From Phaeosaccion multiseriatum (taxonomy: Eukaryota > Protista > Ochrophyta, other classes): a stretch of DNA of 64,000 bases. The notes under the pieces are model-generated. The model was given only the letters and a program-made list of their open reading frames with translations. It was not told the DNA's origin and searched no databases. Below, in pieces: positions 12,889-30,400 of this stretch (position 1 is its first letter; every line of letters starts with the position of its first letter). Made by a program: the position numbers and the translations under genes. The stretch is from positions 372,001 to 436,000 of the forward strand of contig OZ218961.1 of assembly GCA_965112735.1 (NCBI GenBank). Direction: 5' to 3'.

Positions 12889-14409
12889 TAGCCCGCTTTC
12901 TTTCTGAGCCTGCTTTGCCCCTTAAGACTTGCCCTTCAAAAACCCTCCCCCCCCCGGATCATCAAACTGAAACGCCTCTCTCCATCTTGTGTTGTTTCTG
13001 CCCCTCCTCCTTTCTCTGCCCACTTCTCCTCCCCACCCCTCCTCTCTCCCTTCCACCACCACCACCAACGCCGCCGCTCTCTCCCCTCTCTCTCTCTCTC
13101 TCTCCCTCTCTCTCTCTCTCTTGCCTCTCTTTGGTCCATCCCCGCCAGCTACGGTGCCAGCGTGACTCTCAGTGATGGTCGAATGAACGAAGCGTCGCAC
13201 ACACGCACCCGCATCACAACTTCCTTGAGAGCGGCAGCAGTCTCAGTCAAGCGGCTGGAGAGTACTGAGGGGCAAAGCCATGGGGGGCTGTCCCCTGCAG
13301 AGGCGGTGCGGGGAGGCAGGCGGTGGGGAGAGCATGAGCGGCACCTCATGCGACAGTTACAGAAAGGCAAGGGGGCCATTCGGCAGTCGCTCCAACGCAA
13401 CGTGGACACTCCGACGGTGGTGCAGCACATGTCCGAGCTCTGCAACGCTCTGGACAGGTACTTGCGAGAGGCGGATGGCAGTGTATGGGGACAGCATGAT
13501 GGAGATGATGGGAATGGAGCCAGAGAGGGGGGAGGAGGAAGCGGGCAAGGCGGCATTGTGCCAGACCCTGTGCTGGCGGTGACGGGCTACGTGGAGTGGT
13601 TGCTGCGGCTCCTCGGGCTCGATAGGACCGCATCTGATGCGTGTCCTGACACCTCGGATCACGGGGGTGGAGTCGGGGTGTCAGGAGCAGGGGCAATGGT
13701 GGGGCCCACGGTGGAAGGCGCCGTGCAGGAGTTGTTGGACTTTAGAGCTCAGGTGCGAGAGCGGCTGCTGCTGGCAGTCAAGGAGACGAGAGCACATGGA
13801 CAGGACAAGGAGGAGGGGGAGACAAGAGAAGGAGGAGGAGGAGGAGGAGGAGGAGGAGGAGGAGGAGGAGGAGGAGGAGGAGGAGGAGGAGAAGTGCAGG
13901 AGCTGTTGTCTCTGTGTGACGAGTTACGCGACACTCGACTGCCTGCCCTCGGGGTGGAGGTGCGCGACGGCGAGGGCAGGACCGGGGGGACCAAGTGGGC
14001 ACTCGTGCCTGCGAGGAGGGCCACCGCAGCAGTACCTGCAGCAGTTGGTGATACAAAAGCAGCAACAACAGCTGGAGGAGGAGGAGGAGGAGGCGGAGGC
14101 GGAGGAGGCGCTTCATCGGGGAAGACGCGCAGGGGTGGGGCAGGGGAGATGGAAGCGAAGGACGCAGTGCCGCCCTCGCTCATGTTCCAGGACGGTGAGG
14201 GCGGTTCGGAGAACGGTCCGGCGATGCTGCTGCTGGGGGAGGCGGCGGAGGCGCTGTTCAGCGAGTGGGACGCGGAGGGGCTGCCCACACATGACGCCAC
14301 GGGGAACGAGCTGAGCAAGAATGCGAGGAACAAGTGGAGGAAGAAGAGGGAGAAGCAGGCCAGGAGGCACGAGCGGTGGCTGCAGAGAGAGAGGGGCAAA
14401 AAGCAGTGA
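10020..14409 (+). CDS. CARS2: Cysteinyl-tRNA synthetase with N-terminal organellar transit peptide; 5 exons
   Basis: [18 protein letters not shown] (HIGH motif), [51 protein letters not shown]; Arg/Ser-rich leader. Confidence 0.95.
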
Positions 14410-14697
14410 TATATACCTACCAGGGCTTGATGCAGCCGGTTAAACAAATGCAGAACAGATCCCTACGTACTCAGACGTTTGCACCTTTGCTCCTTGAAAC
14501 TTTTTGAAACGTCTGAAACTGACAGCCGAAGAACAGGAGCCAAGCAAAAAGAACAAGCAATAAACAAGCAAGAGGAGGAGGGAAGGAAAGAAGGAGAGGG
14601 CTCAATCGCCCCCAAGTGCTCAGCACAGCCGGGCTGGCCCTGGCGGCACGGAGAGGAAGAAGCAACCAGGCCAAGGGAATGTTCAACTAAGATATTA

Positions 14698-14710
14698 TCA
14701 TATATATATA

Positions 14711-14742
<32 letters not shown>
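14698..14742. repeat. (TA)n microsatellite
   Basis: Read directly. Confidence 0.95.
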
Positions 14743-14953
14743 CCCTAAACCGCAAATTAATAGAATATTTTCCTTCATCCCAAATGGCCTCTTCTCGTCC
14801 CCCGTTACCCGTACAACTTTCTATACCGACTAAGGACATCTTGATCTTTCATTTTGTACGAGAGATGCATGGGTCATCTCTGACGGGATCACCTGTTTTT
14901 GGGCCTCCAAAGTTGTAGACCCACTTTAGTGGGTCTTAAATTTGGTTTAGGGA
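14742..14953. mobile_element. Putative ~210-bp MITE at the edge of the TA tract
   Basis: Ends tatatccctaaacc(gc)aaat / atttggtttagggatata are inverted; TA flanks; internal hairpin agacccact-tt-agtgggtct at 14917-14936. Confidence 0.55.
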
Positions 14954-15185
14954 TATAAGCGAACAGTAGTGGCATTGCATTACGCCAATCGCCTTTTAGG
15001 TGTCTCGGAGGTGAGGGGTTTTACTCTACATCTATTTTTTCTTATAAAAAATTAAGCAAGTGTGCCACGACCCCCGCTGAGCTGACTTGACCTTACTTCT
15101 AAGTTAAAATTAGTCGCTCATCTATCTGCCTTCTCGCCCAAGTCGCCAAGTATGTCCCAAGGACTCGCTTAATAAATTAAGCACT

Positions 15186-16190
15186 TCAGCTGTTGTACAT
15201 CTCCACGTTGATGGTGGACACGGGGTTCCTCCAGTCGTAACGCTGCTCCACAAGGGATCCCACTCCGTGGAAGCCTCGGGAGATGTGGACAAAGCCCTCT
15301 CCAGTCCCTCCGGACACGTTGCCAGAATCGGAGGGGCAGGCAGGGCCGGGCATATCCGAGCACTGGCGTATCCAACGCGTTGAGAGAAGGAGGGGGAGGA
15401 GGGTGGAGGGGGGGAGGAGGCGAAGAAGTCAAGGGCAGGAATGAATGGACGAAGGAGGGGGGCGGGTGGTGTTTGTCAGCGCAGTAGCTAACACGGGCTT
15501 CTTCGTAAGAAAGACGAGAAAGCGCTGCCGTTGCTTGGACGCCACCCTGTCTCGTGCCCTCTGCCTCGCTCATACACTAAAGCACATGCAAGCAACATCA
15601 GCGCATAAGACGACGGAAGAAGAGAGCCCCCACACACACATACCAGTTGCTTGGCTGCCCACCACATCACACACACTCACCATCTCAGTGTTCGCCTCCG
15701 TTCCAGCGTCCCAGGCAGGAGCGATGGTGGAGAGACCCTCAGAGCCGAACTGCATGGCGCTGACTCCCATGAAGGCGTCGTTGGTGTTGATGAGCATGGT
15801 CACAACAGAGAAGGCCAGCGTGTCGCAATCGCAGTCCTCGGGCACCGTAAGCATGCCATCCCACGTCTCTCCAGGGAAGAGAGGCCCCTCCCCGACCGTG
15901 TAGCCGCACACAAGGTCGTTCTTTCCCAGGAGCTCCACCAGGGCACTGGGATTGCCGTCCTCGGCGACAATCTGGAGAGGCCCAGATGCCGGCACCATGG
16001 GCTCGAAGATCTTGAATCCCTTGTTGTGCGCCACCGCCACGACGGGGCTGAAGGGCTGGCGGAAGGTGAGGTTGTCCACGGAAACTTTGTAGGTACCGTC
16101 GCAGTGCTTGGTGTGGCCGGCCGCATCAGTGGTAGCTGCGCCGAGGAGAGCGGCGATCATGGTGGTCTTGATGGTTGATGAAGAGAACAT
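15186..16190 (-). CDS. Secreted Spondin_N domain protein, copy 1; exons 15681-16190 and 15186-15362
   Basis: Signal peptide, NLTFRQPFSP, AEDG, TMLINTNDAF, WDAGTEANTE, GEGFVHISRG and YDWRNPV; GT-AG intron. Confidence 0.9.
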
Positions 16191-16654
16191 GATGGCTGGT
16201 CAGAGTTTGGTTGTTTGAGTTGCTGGGCGGGCTTGCTGCTACTGCTGGTGTTGCTTATGGGTTGACTTGCTTGTGAGGTTGATGTTGTGTTGGTTTGCGA
16301 AAGAATCGAAGTTGGACATATCATATGTTCCGCCACTGTTTGCTGAAGCCCGCCTCCGCACCAAAAAATTTCAGTCGAGGAGTGGCGCCTCTTGCCGCCA
16401 AAAAATCATGTCCTTGTTTTCGGGCCAATTCGCCCAAATTTGGGCGGGAAACACTTAATCGTGCCGAGGGAGGCCGTAGGATTGCAACCGTAAAAAGAAG
16501 GGAAGAAGCAGCATTGATTGGATGTTGGATGAGGCGCCACAATGGAACGGGAGGGAAGAAGGTGTGCAAGAGGAGACGAAGAGAATTGTCGGCCGGTGTG
16601 TGGCTGAGGAGTCCCAGCGCAAAGTACCGTCGGCCTATTTTGGATCATCGCCCG

Positions 16655-16932
16655 TCGGCTCCAGGCGAGGTTTCTCGGGCTTTAGGCTTCTGGGCCGTAG
16701 CCTCCTCCAGGCTTCGGGCTTCTGGCCGCAGGCCAGCGCAGGCTTCTGGCCGCAGGCCAGTGGTCAGGCTTCAGGCTTCGCAGGCTGGGAGAAAAATGGG
16801 GGACTTGGCAGGCTTTTCGCTACTTTCTGCAGGCTTCTGGCCGCAGGCCAGCCGCAGGCTTCTTACTTTCGGCCGCAGGCCGCCGCAGGCTTCTGCTTTA
16901 TCGGGGGCCCGAGAAACCTCGCCTGGAGCCGA
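16655..16932. mobile_element. ~280-bp MITE with perfect 26-28-bp TIRs and internal ggcttctggccgcaggcc sub-repeats
   Basis: tcggctccaggcgaggtttctcgggc ... gcccgagaaacctcgcctggagccga, flanked by the direct repeat cgcccg. Confidence 0.85.
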
Positions 16933-16947
16933 CGCCCGCTCTTCCCA

Positions 16948-17215
16948 ATGGTCGAGGCTGCGTGCGAGGCGGTGGTGCCGGCCTCGGTGAGGCCCGCAGG
17001 GAGCAGCAAAGTTCAAGAGAATACATGCTGGGCTGTTGCGAATCTGAGCTTTGACAGTACGAACAAAGTTCAAGAGGGGAGGCGGGTGGGTGTGAGGCGG
17101 TCGTCGCGGCCATGACCCCCCATGCAGGCAGGGACAGCGGTGTCCAGGAGAAGGCATGCCCGGCTGTGGTGGCGCTTTTCAGCTGTAGCAACGAGGCCAA
17201 CGCAAGAGCTGTTAG
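16948..17215 (+). pseudogene. Degenerate relic of about 2 ARM repeat units homologous to the array at 33.9-37.4 kb
   Basis: ACEAVV...VQENTCWAVANLSFDSTNK, then a frameshifted second unit (gtccaggagaaggcatgc, aacgaggccaac). Confidence 0.8.
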
Positions 17216-17610
17216 CAACGAGCTGTTCCTTACGTAAGGGCCATGCGGGTCTTACGTAAGGGTGTCTTGCAGCCCAACATTCAACCCAGAGGGCCCTCCC
17301 ACCCCCCTAAAGGTGCCTCTATCGCCGAGTTGAGCAGTTTTGGTGAGCGACGCGTCCCAGGTAGTCTAGGGGTGGGTAAGGGGAGTGCAACAAGACCCTC
17401 AGAAGCTTTGGTAACATTAAGTGGCACTGCACTACGCCAATGGCCTTTTAGGTGAGGTGAGGGATTTTACTCTGTATTAATTTTTTGTTTAAATTTTAAA
17501 TTAAGCAAGTGTGCCAAGCAAGCGTCTCCCGCTGGGCTGACTGACCTTCTTACTGCAACACTTCTAAAGCTAAAACTAGTCGCTCCCTTCTCGCCCAAGT
17601 CGCCAACACT

Positions 17611-18596
17611 TTAGTTGTACAGCTCCACGCTGATGCTGGACACGGGGTTCCTCCAGTCGTAACGCTGCTCCACAAGGGATCCCACTCCGTGGAAGCCTCG
17701 GGAGATGTGGACAAAGCCCTCTCCAGTCCCTCCGGACACGTTGCCAGACTCGGAGGGGCAGGCAGGGCCGGGCATGTCCGAGCACTGGCGTATCCAACGC
17801 GTGAGAGTGGGAGGGGGGGGAGGGTGGAGGGGGGGAGGAGGTGCAGAAGGGCAGGGATGAAAGGACGAAGGGGCGGGGGGTGCGGTGTTTGTCAGCGCAG
17901 TAACAAGGGGCGGCTTCTTGGCAAGATAGACGAGAGAGCGCTGGCCGCCACCCTGTCTCGTGCCCTCTGCCTCGCTCATACACTAAAGCACATGCAAGCA
18001 ACATCAGCGCATAAGACGACGGAAGAAGAGAGCCCCCACACACACATACCAGTTGCTTGGCTGCCCACCACATCACACACACTCACCATCTCAGTGTTCG
18101 CCTCCGTTCCAGCGTCCCAGGCAGGAGCGATGGTGGAGAGACCCTCAGAGCCGAACTGCATGGCGCTGACTCCCATGAAGGCGTCGTTGGTGTTGATGAG
18201 CATGGTCACAGTAGAGAAGGCCAGCGTGTCGCAATCGCAGTCCTCGGACACCGTAAGCATGCCCTCCCACGTCTCTCCAGGGAAGAGAGGCCCCTCCCCG
18301 ACCGTGTAGCCGCACACAAGGTCGTTCTTTCCCAGGAGCTCCACCAGTTCACTGGCATCGCCGTCCTCGGCGACAGTCTGGAGAGGCCCAGATGCCTTCA
18401 CCATGGGCTCGAAGATCTTGAATCCCTTGTTGTGTGCCACCGCCACGACGGGGCTGAAGGGCTGGCGGAAGGTGAGGTTGTCCACGGAAACTTTGTAGGT
18501 ACCGTCGCAGTGCTTGGTGTGACCTTTCGCATCAGTGGTAGCTGCGCCAAGGAGAGCGGCGATCATGGTGGTCTTGATGGTTGATGAAGAGAACAT
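17611..18596 (-). CDS. Secreted Spondin_N domain protein, copy 2 (tandem duplicate, 2 exons)
   Basis: Near-identical to copy 1 including the intron. The duplicated unit is ~14968-16620 versus ~17420-19280. Confidence 0.9.
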
Positions 18597-18865
18597 GGTG
18601 AGAGTTTGGTTGTTAGAGTTGACTTGCTGGCGGGCTTGCTGCTACTGCTGGTGTTGCTTTTATGGGTTGACTTGCTTGTGTTGTTTTGTGTTGTGTTGGC
18701 TTGTGCCAACTTGCTTGAGCTTGAAGTGGTGGTGGGAAGAAAATTTCATTTGTTCCGTCATTTCTGTTTGTGTTGCAAGCGCCTCCGCGTTGGTGATTTG
18801 TTGCCGCCAAGAACAAATTATAAATGGACATCGAATATATATTCGATTTTCTTGTTTCTGTTTCG

Positions 18866-19128
18866 TCGGCTCCCCGCAGGGCTTCTCTGGCCGGCGATAA
18901 GAAGAAGCCTGAGGCGGCCTGCGGCCGAAAGCAAGAAGCCCGGGGCTGGCCTGCGGCCAGAAGAATCTCCCCCCCCCCCCGAGCCCCCCTGAGAAGCCTG
19001 AAGATGAAGCCCAGACCGCTGGCAGCCATGCGGCGCATAAGCCCAGACCGCTGGCAGCCATGCGGCGCATAAACCCGCGCTGGCATGCGGCCAGAAGCCC
19101 GGAGCCCGAGAAGCCCTGCGGGGAGCCG
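18866..19128. mobile_element. Diverged member of the same MITE family, in opposite orientation
   Basis: cggctccccgcagggcttctc ... gagaagccctgcggggagccg, flanked by the direct repeat ctgtttcg; internal cctgcggcc/gaagcc repeats. Confidence 0.75.
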
Positions 19129-19578
19129 CTGTTTCGGGCCGATCGTGCCGGCGACGGCGGCGGCCAGTAAGTCAATGTAGGGCCGAGGCACCTTGATTGA
19201 GGTGAGGCGCCACAATGAAACGGGAGGGAGGAAGGTGTGCAAGAGTAGGCGAAGAAAATTGTCCGTGTGTGGCTGCGGTTAGCTACCATTGGCTGGTGGT
19301 GGTCCCACGCACGCGCCCCGCCCCGCTGGAGGCGAGCGAGATAGAGGCCGCCTTGGACTGAAAAGTGAGCGGCCTTCACGGCCTAGGGCGGCCGGAGGGG
19401 AGGCCACCAGCCTAGCACTAGGCGTAGAGCCAAGCAAGGACCCTCGGCGTGAGTGGCTGGGGCCGAAAGAAGAGGGTGCAGAACCCTGAATGAATCATGA
19501 TGAATCAATTAAAGGCTTTGAATGCGCGAGCTAGGCCCTTTGTCCCATGATGTCAGGCAGCCGATAACCCCTCCTCTC

Positions 19579-24570
<4,992 letters not shown>

Positions 24571-25030
24571 CACAACCCTTTGTAGATCTTTATTATATAT
24601 GACGGAGAAAGAGAATCCGAAAGAGGGGGGGAGCGCCGCCTTGCATGTTGGTTGTATCCGAACTCACAGATGGCGCGTGGACTGTGCCCCCTCCTCACTC
24701 AATATAGAGGTGATAGAGTCCTTCTGGGTCTGCTCTGCCCTCCGCCTACTCCTTGCCGCTCTGCTGGGGATTTCACCGCCCGGAACTGTTCTTGCCGCCA
24801 TCAAAAGGGGTCATCATTGAGAGAGAAGGAGGCAGAGAAGGAGAGGAAGGAAGGACAGAACAAGGGAGGGTGCGCAGTCGCAAAACACTCCCGAGCAGCA
24901 GCGCGAAGCGCAGGGAAGGCCACAGTACTGATTTCATCTGAAGGAGGAGAAGCGCGTCTCGGAGGGAGAGGCGCTTGGAGGGGTGGCTAGAGGGGCCGCA
25001 GAGCCAACTAAACGCAAGTACAGGTAGAGG

Positions 25031-28000
25031 ATGGCTGTCTCGCTGACCTGCGCGATCGACAGCCTGCCTTCAAATGCGCTGGCCTACTCCAACAAGTGAG
25101 TGTGTGAGTTAGGACCTCTTCCGCAAGAGGCCAGGTCGGTTGGTGATTGATTAGCACCACAGGTTGCTTTAAGCCGTCGGGCACTCGTGTGCTTAGTTTG
25201 AGCGGAGGACCTGCAGACCTCTTGGTGGTCATGCGTGTGTTGATTGGTGGGCAGGGAGGAGCGAATAATACGAACGGGGGGGGGGAGATACACACACACT
25301 GCCAATAGAGGCCAGACTCGAGCTGAGGCGCTCCAATCGAAGACGGCCTCTTCACAACACCATGCCCGCAGAGACGGGCGGAGCGAGGACAGCACCATAG
25401 GGCCCAAGGAGGGAGGAGGGCTGAGGCGAAACGAAACGAAGCGATGCACCATTTTGCGGTGACGCTGCACTTATTTACCCCTGCGTATGCACCCTATCTG
25501 AGCAGCGCCCGCGTACCGTTGTGCTGCTGCTGCTGCTGCAGAGGTGCTGATTCATTCGTCGCACAAAAATGCTTCCCTCTTGCTTGCCCTTACCCTCCTC
25601 CCCCCCTCCCTTCCTTCCTTCCAACCTTCCTTCCTTCCTCCCTCCCTTTGTAACCCCCCTCCCTGTTCTGGGGGAGTACAGGGTCTTTCTTAACGAGAGC
25701 GACTACGAGCAGCTCAAAGCCGGAGACACTTCCTCTCTCTCCCACGAGCAGACGGTGCTGCTGCAGCTAGACGGCCATTGGGTCTTCACAGCGAGTCCGC
25801 ACCCTGACATAGTCCAGGGCAAGCTCGGCATCAATGGATTGCAGCGAAGGGCCGCACAGCTCACACTGAACCAGCCGGTCAGCCTGAGCCGGTTTGTCAT
25901 ACCACCGTCGCAGATGACCGTCGCCAACATCAGTATCGTTGTAGACCTGCTGCAGAAGGGCAAGGGGAGGAAGGTGCCTCTGGACGCCGGCAAGCTGAGC
26001 ACGGCTTTCAAGTTCCAGTTCATGCATCAGGTGCGTGATATGTCGAGGGGGTCGATAAGGGTAATCGAGGGGGTCGATAAGGGTAATCGAGGGGGTCGAT
26101 AAAGGGTGTCGAGCGGGTCGACAAAGGATGTCGAGGGGGTCGACAAAGGATGTCGAGGGGGTCGATAAAGGGTGTGGAGTGGGTGAGGTAAAGAGAGTGG
26201 AGAGGCGATGAAGGGAGTCATGAAGAAAGTCGAGGGTGTCGATGAAGAAAGTCGAAGAGGTCGATGAAGGGTGTCAACGGGTGTTGTAAGGTGCAAGCAA
26301 GTTGGTGAAAGTCATGACGCAGGGGGTCCAGGGGCAGTGAGAAGGGGTGGGGGTAGAGAGAGAGAGGAAGGAGGTAGGCAGAGAGAGAGAACGATAGAGG
26401 GGGGGAGGAGACAAGGAGAGAGGCAAGATAGAGCAGGAAGGAGGAGAGAGAGGATCAAAGAGAAGGCGAAAGAGACAGCAGGAAGGAGGAAGGAGAGAGG
26501 CAAGATAGAGCAGGAAGGAGGAGAGAGAGGATCAAAGAGAAGGCGAAAGAGACAGCAGGAAGGAGGAAGGAGAGAGGCAAGATAGAGCAGGGAGGATAGA
26601 GAGGATCAAAGAGAAGGCGAAAGAGACAGCAGGAAGGAGGAAGGAGAGAGGCAAGATAGAGCAGGAAGGAGGATAGAGAGGATCAAAGAGAAGGCGAAAG
26701 AGACAGCAGGAAGGAGGAAGGAGAGAGGCAAGATAGAGCAGGAAGGAGGAGAGAGAGGATCAAAGACAAGGCGAAAGAGACAGCAGGAAGGAGGAAGGAG
26801 AGAGGCAAGATAGAGCAGGAAGGAGGAGAGAGAGGATCAAAGACAAGGCGAAAGAGACAGCAGGAACGAGGAAGGAGAGAGAGCGAGAAACAGAGAAATA
26901 GGATGAGTGAGAGGATTCAAGGAGAAGGCGAGAGAGACAGCGAGAGAAGAGTGCTAACTACGCACAAATGCCCTCACCACACCCCCCCCCCCCCTCGATA
27001 CCCAATCATTCTCAGGTGTTCCGTAAAGGGCAGGTTCTGGCAATGGACTGCGAGGGCATCAAGCTCAATCTCCGCGTGGCCAGCGTGGAGTGCGCGGATT
27101 TGGGTGGGGCGCAGCCCTTTGGTGGGTGTAGGGGGGGATGTGCGTGTGTGAGAGTGAGTGTGTGTGTGTGTGTGTGCCTCTGTGTGTCTCTCTGTGTGTG
27201 TATGTATGTGTGTGTCAGAGAAAGAGAGAGATAGAGAAGGAGGGAGGGAGGGAGGGAGGGAGGGAGGGAAGGCGGGGGGAAGCGGGCGGGTGCCATCTGG
27301 TGCCATCTGATGCGGTCTGGTGCAGTCTAGTACTGACTCCACTCCCTCTTGTCCGTTGCATCATCACCTCCCCCTCCCCCCCTCCCTCCTTCTTGTTGCC
27401 TCAACCAAACCCCACCAGGAGCTGCAATGGACCACGGGCAAGTGGTGGATCCAAGCAACATCACATGGAACAAGGAGCCTGGCAGCGAAGTGACTCTCAC
27501 AGGCGCCACAGGTGGAGGAGGCACAAACATGATCTTCCGCCAGGACTTTGACTTTGCAAAGCTGGGCATTGGAGGCCTCACCAACGAGTTCAATCAGGTA
27601 TACGGTAGAGGGTAAGGGGGGGACATCATTGACTTATAGGGATCAACTTAAGAATTACGTATGTGTGAGGGATTGGGTAAATGGTAGAGTAGTAGAGTGG
27701 GGTAGGGCATAGGGTAGGATAAGGTGGGGTAGGGTAGGGTTTCCGTTGGCCAGTAAGGGCAGTGAGAATGGGAATGAATTTCAGCAGACGGGTGCAGCGT
27801 AGGGCGGGTCAGGGTAGGGCACCCTACGGTAGAGTGGAGGGTAGGGTAGGGTGGGGTAGGGTAGAGTAGGGTACGGTAGAGTAGGGTAGGGTAGGGTAGG
27901 GGAGGGTGGGGTAGGGGAAGGTAGGGTAGGGTAGGGTAGGGTGGGGTAGGGTAGGGTAGGGTAGGGTAGGGGAGGGGAGGGGAAGGTGGGGTGGGGATAG

Positions 28001-30367
28001 GGTAGGGAAAAGGATAGGGTGGGGTACGAGGTAGGGTAGGTTGGATGGAGAACTTTTGTCGCCCCTGTGAAGTGATTCCAGCAAGCATGGTCTCTCCTCT
28101 CCTCCTCCTGCTGCTCCTATCTGTGCCTCAAACCACTTCCCCTCCTCCTCCTCCTCCTCCTCCTCCTCCTCCTCCTCCTCCTCCTCCCCCGAAGATCTTC
28201 CGCCGGGCCTTCGCCAGTCGTGTGTACCCCTCCGCCATCATTGAGCAAATGGGCATCAGCCATGTGCGAGGCATGCTGCTCTTCGGCCCTCCGGGGTGCG
28301 GTAAGACACTCATTGCCAGACAAATCGGGAAGGTAAGGAACCGGAGTGGGCAAGAGGGGAAGGGAAGGGAGGCAAGCAATGGCGGCAGCAGGAGGAGTGT
28401 CTGTTTCGGCTCAGTATCTCTGCGGCTACTACCCTCTGTTCACACCGGCACCAACAAACACTACTTAATGCCTCCAATGCCTGTATGCCTCCAATCAGTG
28501 GCACCCAGAAACTCTCCACTTCACGCTATACATGTACTGCTTCAATGCCGATACGCCTCCAATCTAATGCCTATAGCCTCCAATCTAATGCCTATATGCC
28601 TCCAATCTAATGCCTATCTGCCTCCAATTCAATGCCTATATGCCTCCAATCTAATGCCTATATGCCTTCAATCACTGGCACTCCACGCGCTTCACCCTCT
28701 TCATGTACTGCAATGCCGATATGCCTCCAGTCCAATTACAACCTGTGATGTTCTAATGTCTGTTTGCCTCCAACCTACTGCCTGTATGCCTCCAACTGAT
28801 AACAGGTGCTCAATGCCCGCCAACCGAAAATCGTTAACGGACCCGAAGTGCTGGACAAGTTTGTGGGCGGCAGTGAGCAGAAGGTGAGGGGACGGCAGTG
28901 GATGGGGAGGAGGGGAGCAGAAAGGGGGGACTGAGGAGCGGGAGTACGAGGGGGAGAGGGGGGGTGAGGAGGAGGAGGAGAATTGAAGATAACGGCAGCG
29001 GAGGAGCGAAAGACGAAATAGGAACGTTACAAGAGATACATAAATATACTATTATGTTCTTTGGACATGGACCCATTCCCCCCCCCCGATGCTGTACCTC
29101 CCCGACCTAACCCTCCCTCCCCATCCACTGCCATTCCCCCCTCCTCCTTTGTGTACCCATCCTCGGCTATCCCCCCTTCTCCTTTGCCTACCCATCCACT
29201 GCAATCCCCCCTCCTCCTTTGCCTACCCGTCCACTGCCATTCCCTCTCCTCCTCTACCTACCCTCCCTCCTTAGATCCGCGACTTGTTCGAAGAGGCCGA
29301 AAAGGAGCAGGCAGACGCCGGCGATGGGTCCATGTTACACATCATCATCTTCGACGAGATCGACGCCATTTGTAAGACGCGAGGCAGCAACAGGGACTCT
29401 ACAGGGGTGTCGGACAGCATTGTGAATCAGCTCCTGTCGAAGATTGACGGGGTGGACTCGCTCAACAACGTTCTCATCATCGGCATGACCAACAGGTGTG
29501 AATCACCAACGTGTGTGTGTGTGGGCGTGTGTGTCTGTGGTTCTGTGGCGTTGGAGGTGGTTGTTTCTAACCCTCTTCGCCCGCCTCGATATACACATGC
29601 ACTTCTCTCTCTCTCTCTCTCTCTTCCCCCCACACACCCACACCCACACCCACACCCACACCCACCCGCCTACCCACAAACGCATCCACCCACCCCCACC
29701 GCTGCACACGCGCTTGCCCATATGCCTGCCCATACGCCCGCCCACCAGTCTACCCATATGCCTGTCTACTGTCTACCCGTATACCTGACCATATACCTGC
29801 TCACACACCTACCTGTACGCCTGTATTGTACCTCTGCCTGCCCATATGCCTGAACCACTCACAGGAAGGACATGATCGACGATGCCCTGCTGCGACCCGG
29901 CAGACTAGAGGTGCATGTGGAGATCGGCCTTCCCGACGAGGCGGGCAGGCTGCAGATATTGGGCATTCACACACGGGGCATGAAGGAGCACAACAGGCTG
30001 GCGCAGGTGGGTGTGGGGGTGTGAGGACTGTGGGTGAGAGGGGGGTGTCGGGACAGTCAATAGGGGTGTGTCAGGACCGTCAGTGGGTGGGTGTCAAGAC
30101 AGTCAGTGCGTGTCAGGACATTCAGTGGGTGTCAGGACAGTGACTGGGCGTCAGAACCGTCAGTATGGGAAGATATCAGGGCAGTCAGTGGGTGGGTGTC
30201 AGGATGGATGGGTGTGCGTGTGCGTATGTGTATGTTTTGTGAATCACATATTCAGAGCTCGTGCCGGCGGCCCTCATATCCGATTATTTATGCCGTTGCC
30301 TGCCCCCGGCCCCTACTACTGCCGCTGTTTCTCTCAATCTGTGTGTACGTGTGTGCGTGCCCGTGTG

Positions 30368-30400
<33 letters not shown>

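Noticed and set aside
14743-14952. CCCTAAA/TTTAGGG telomere-like motifs
   Set aside because: Single copies forming part of the putative MITE termini; no tandem array
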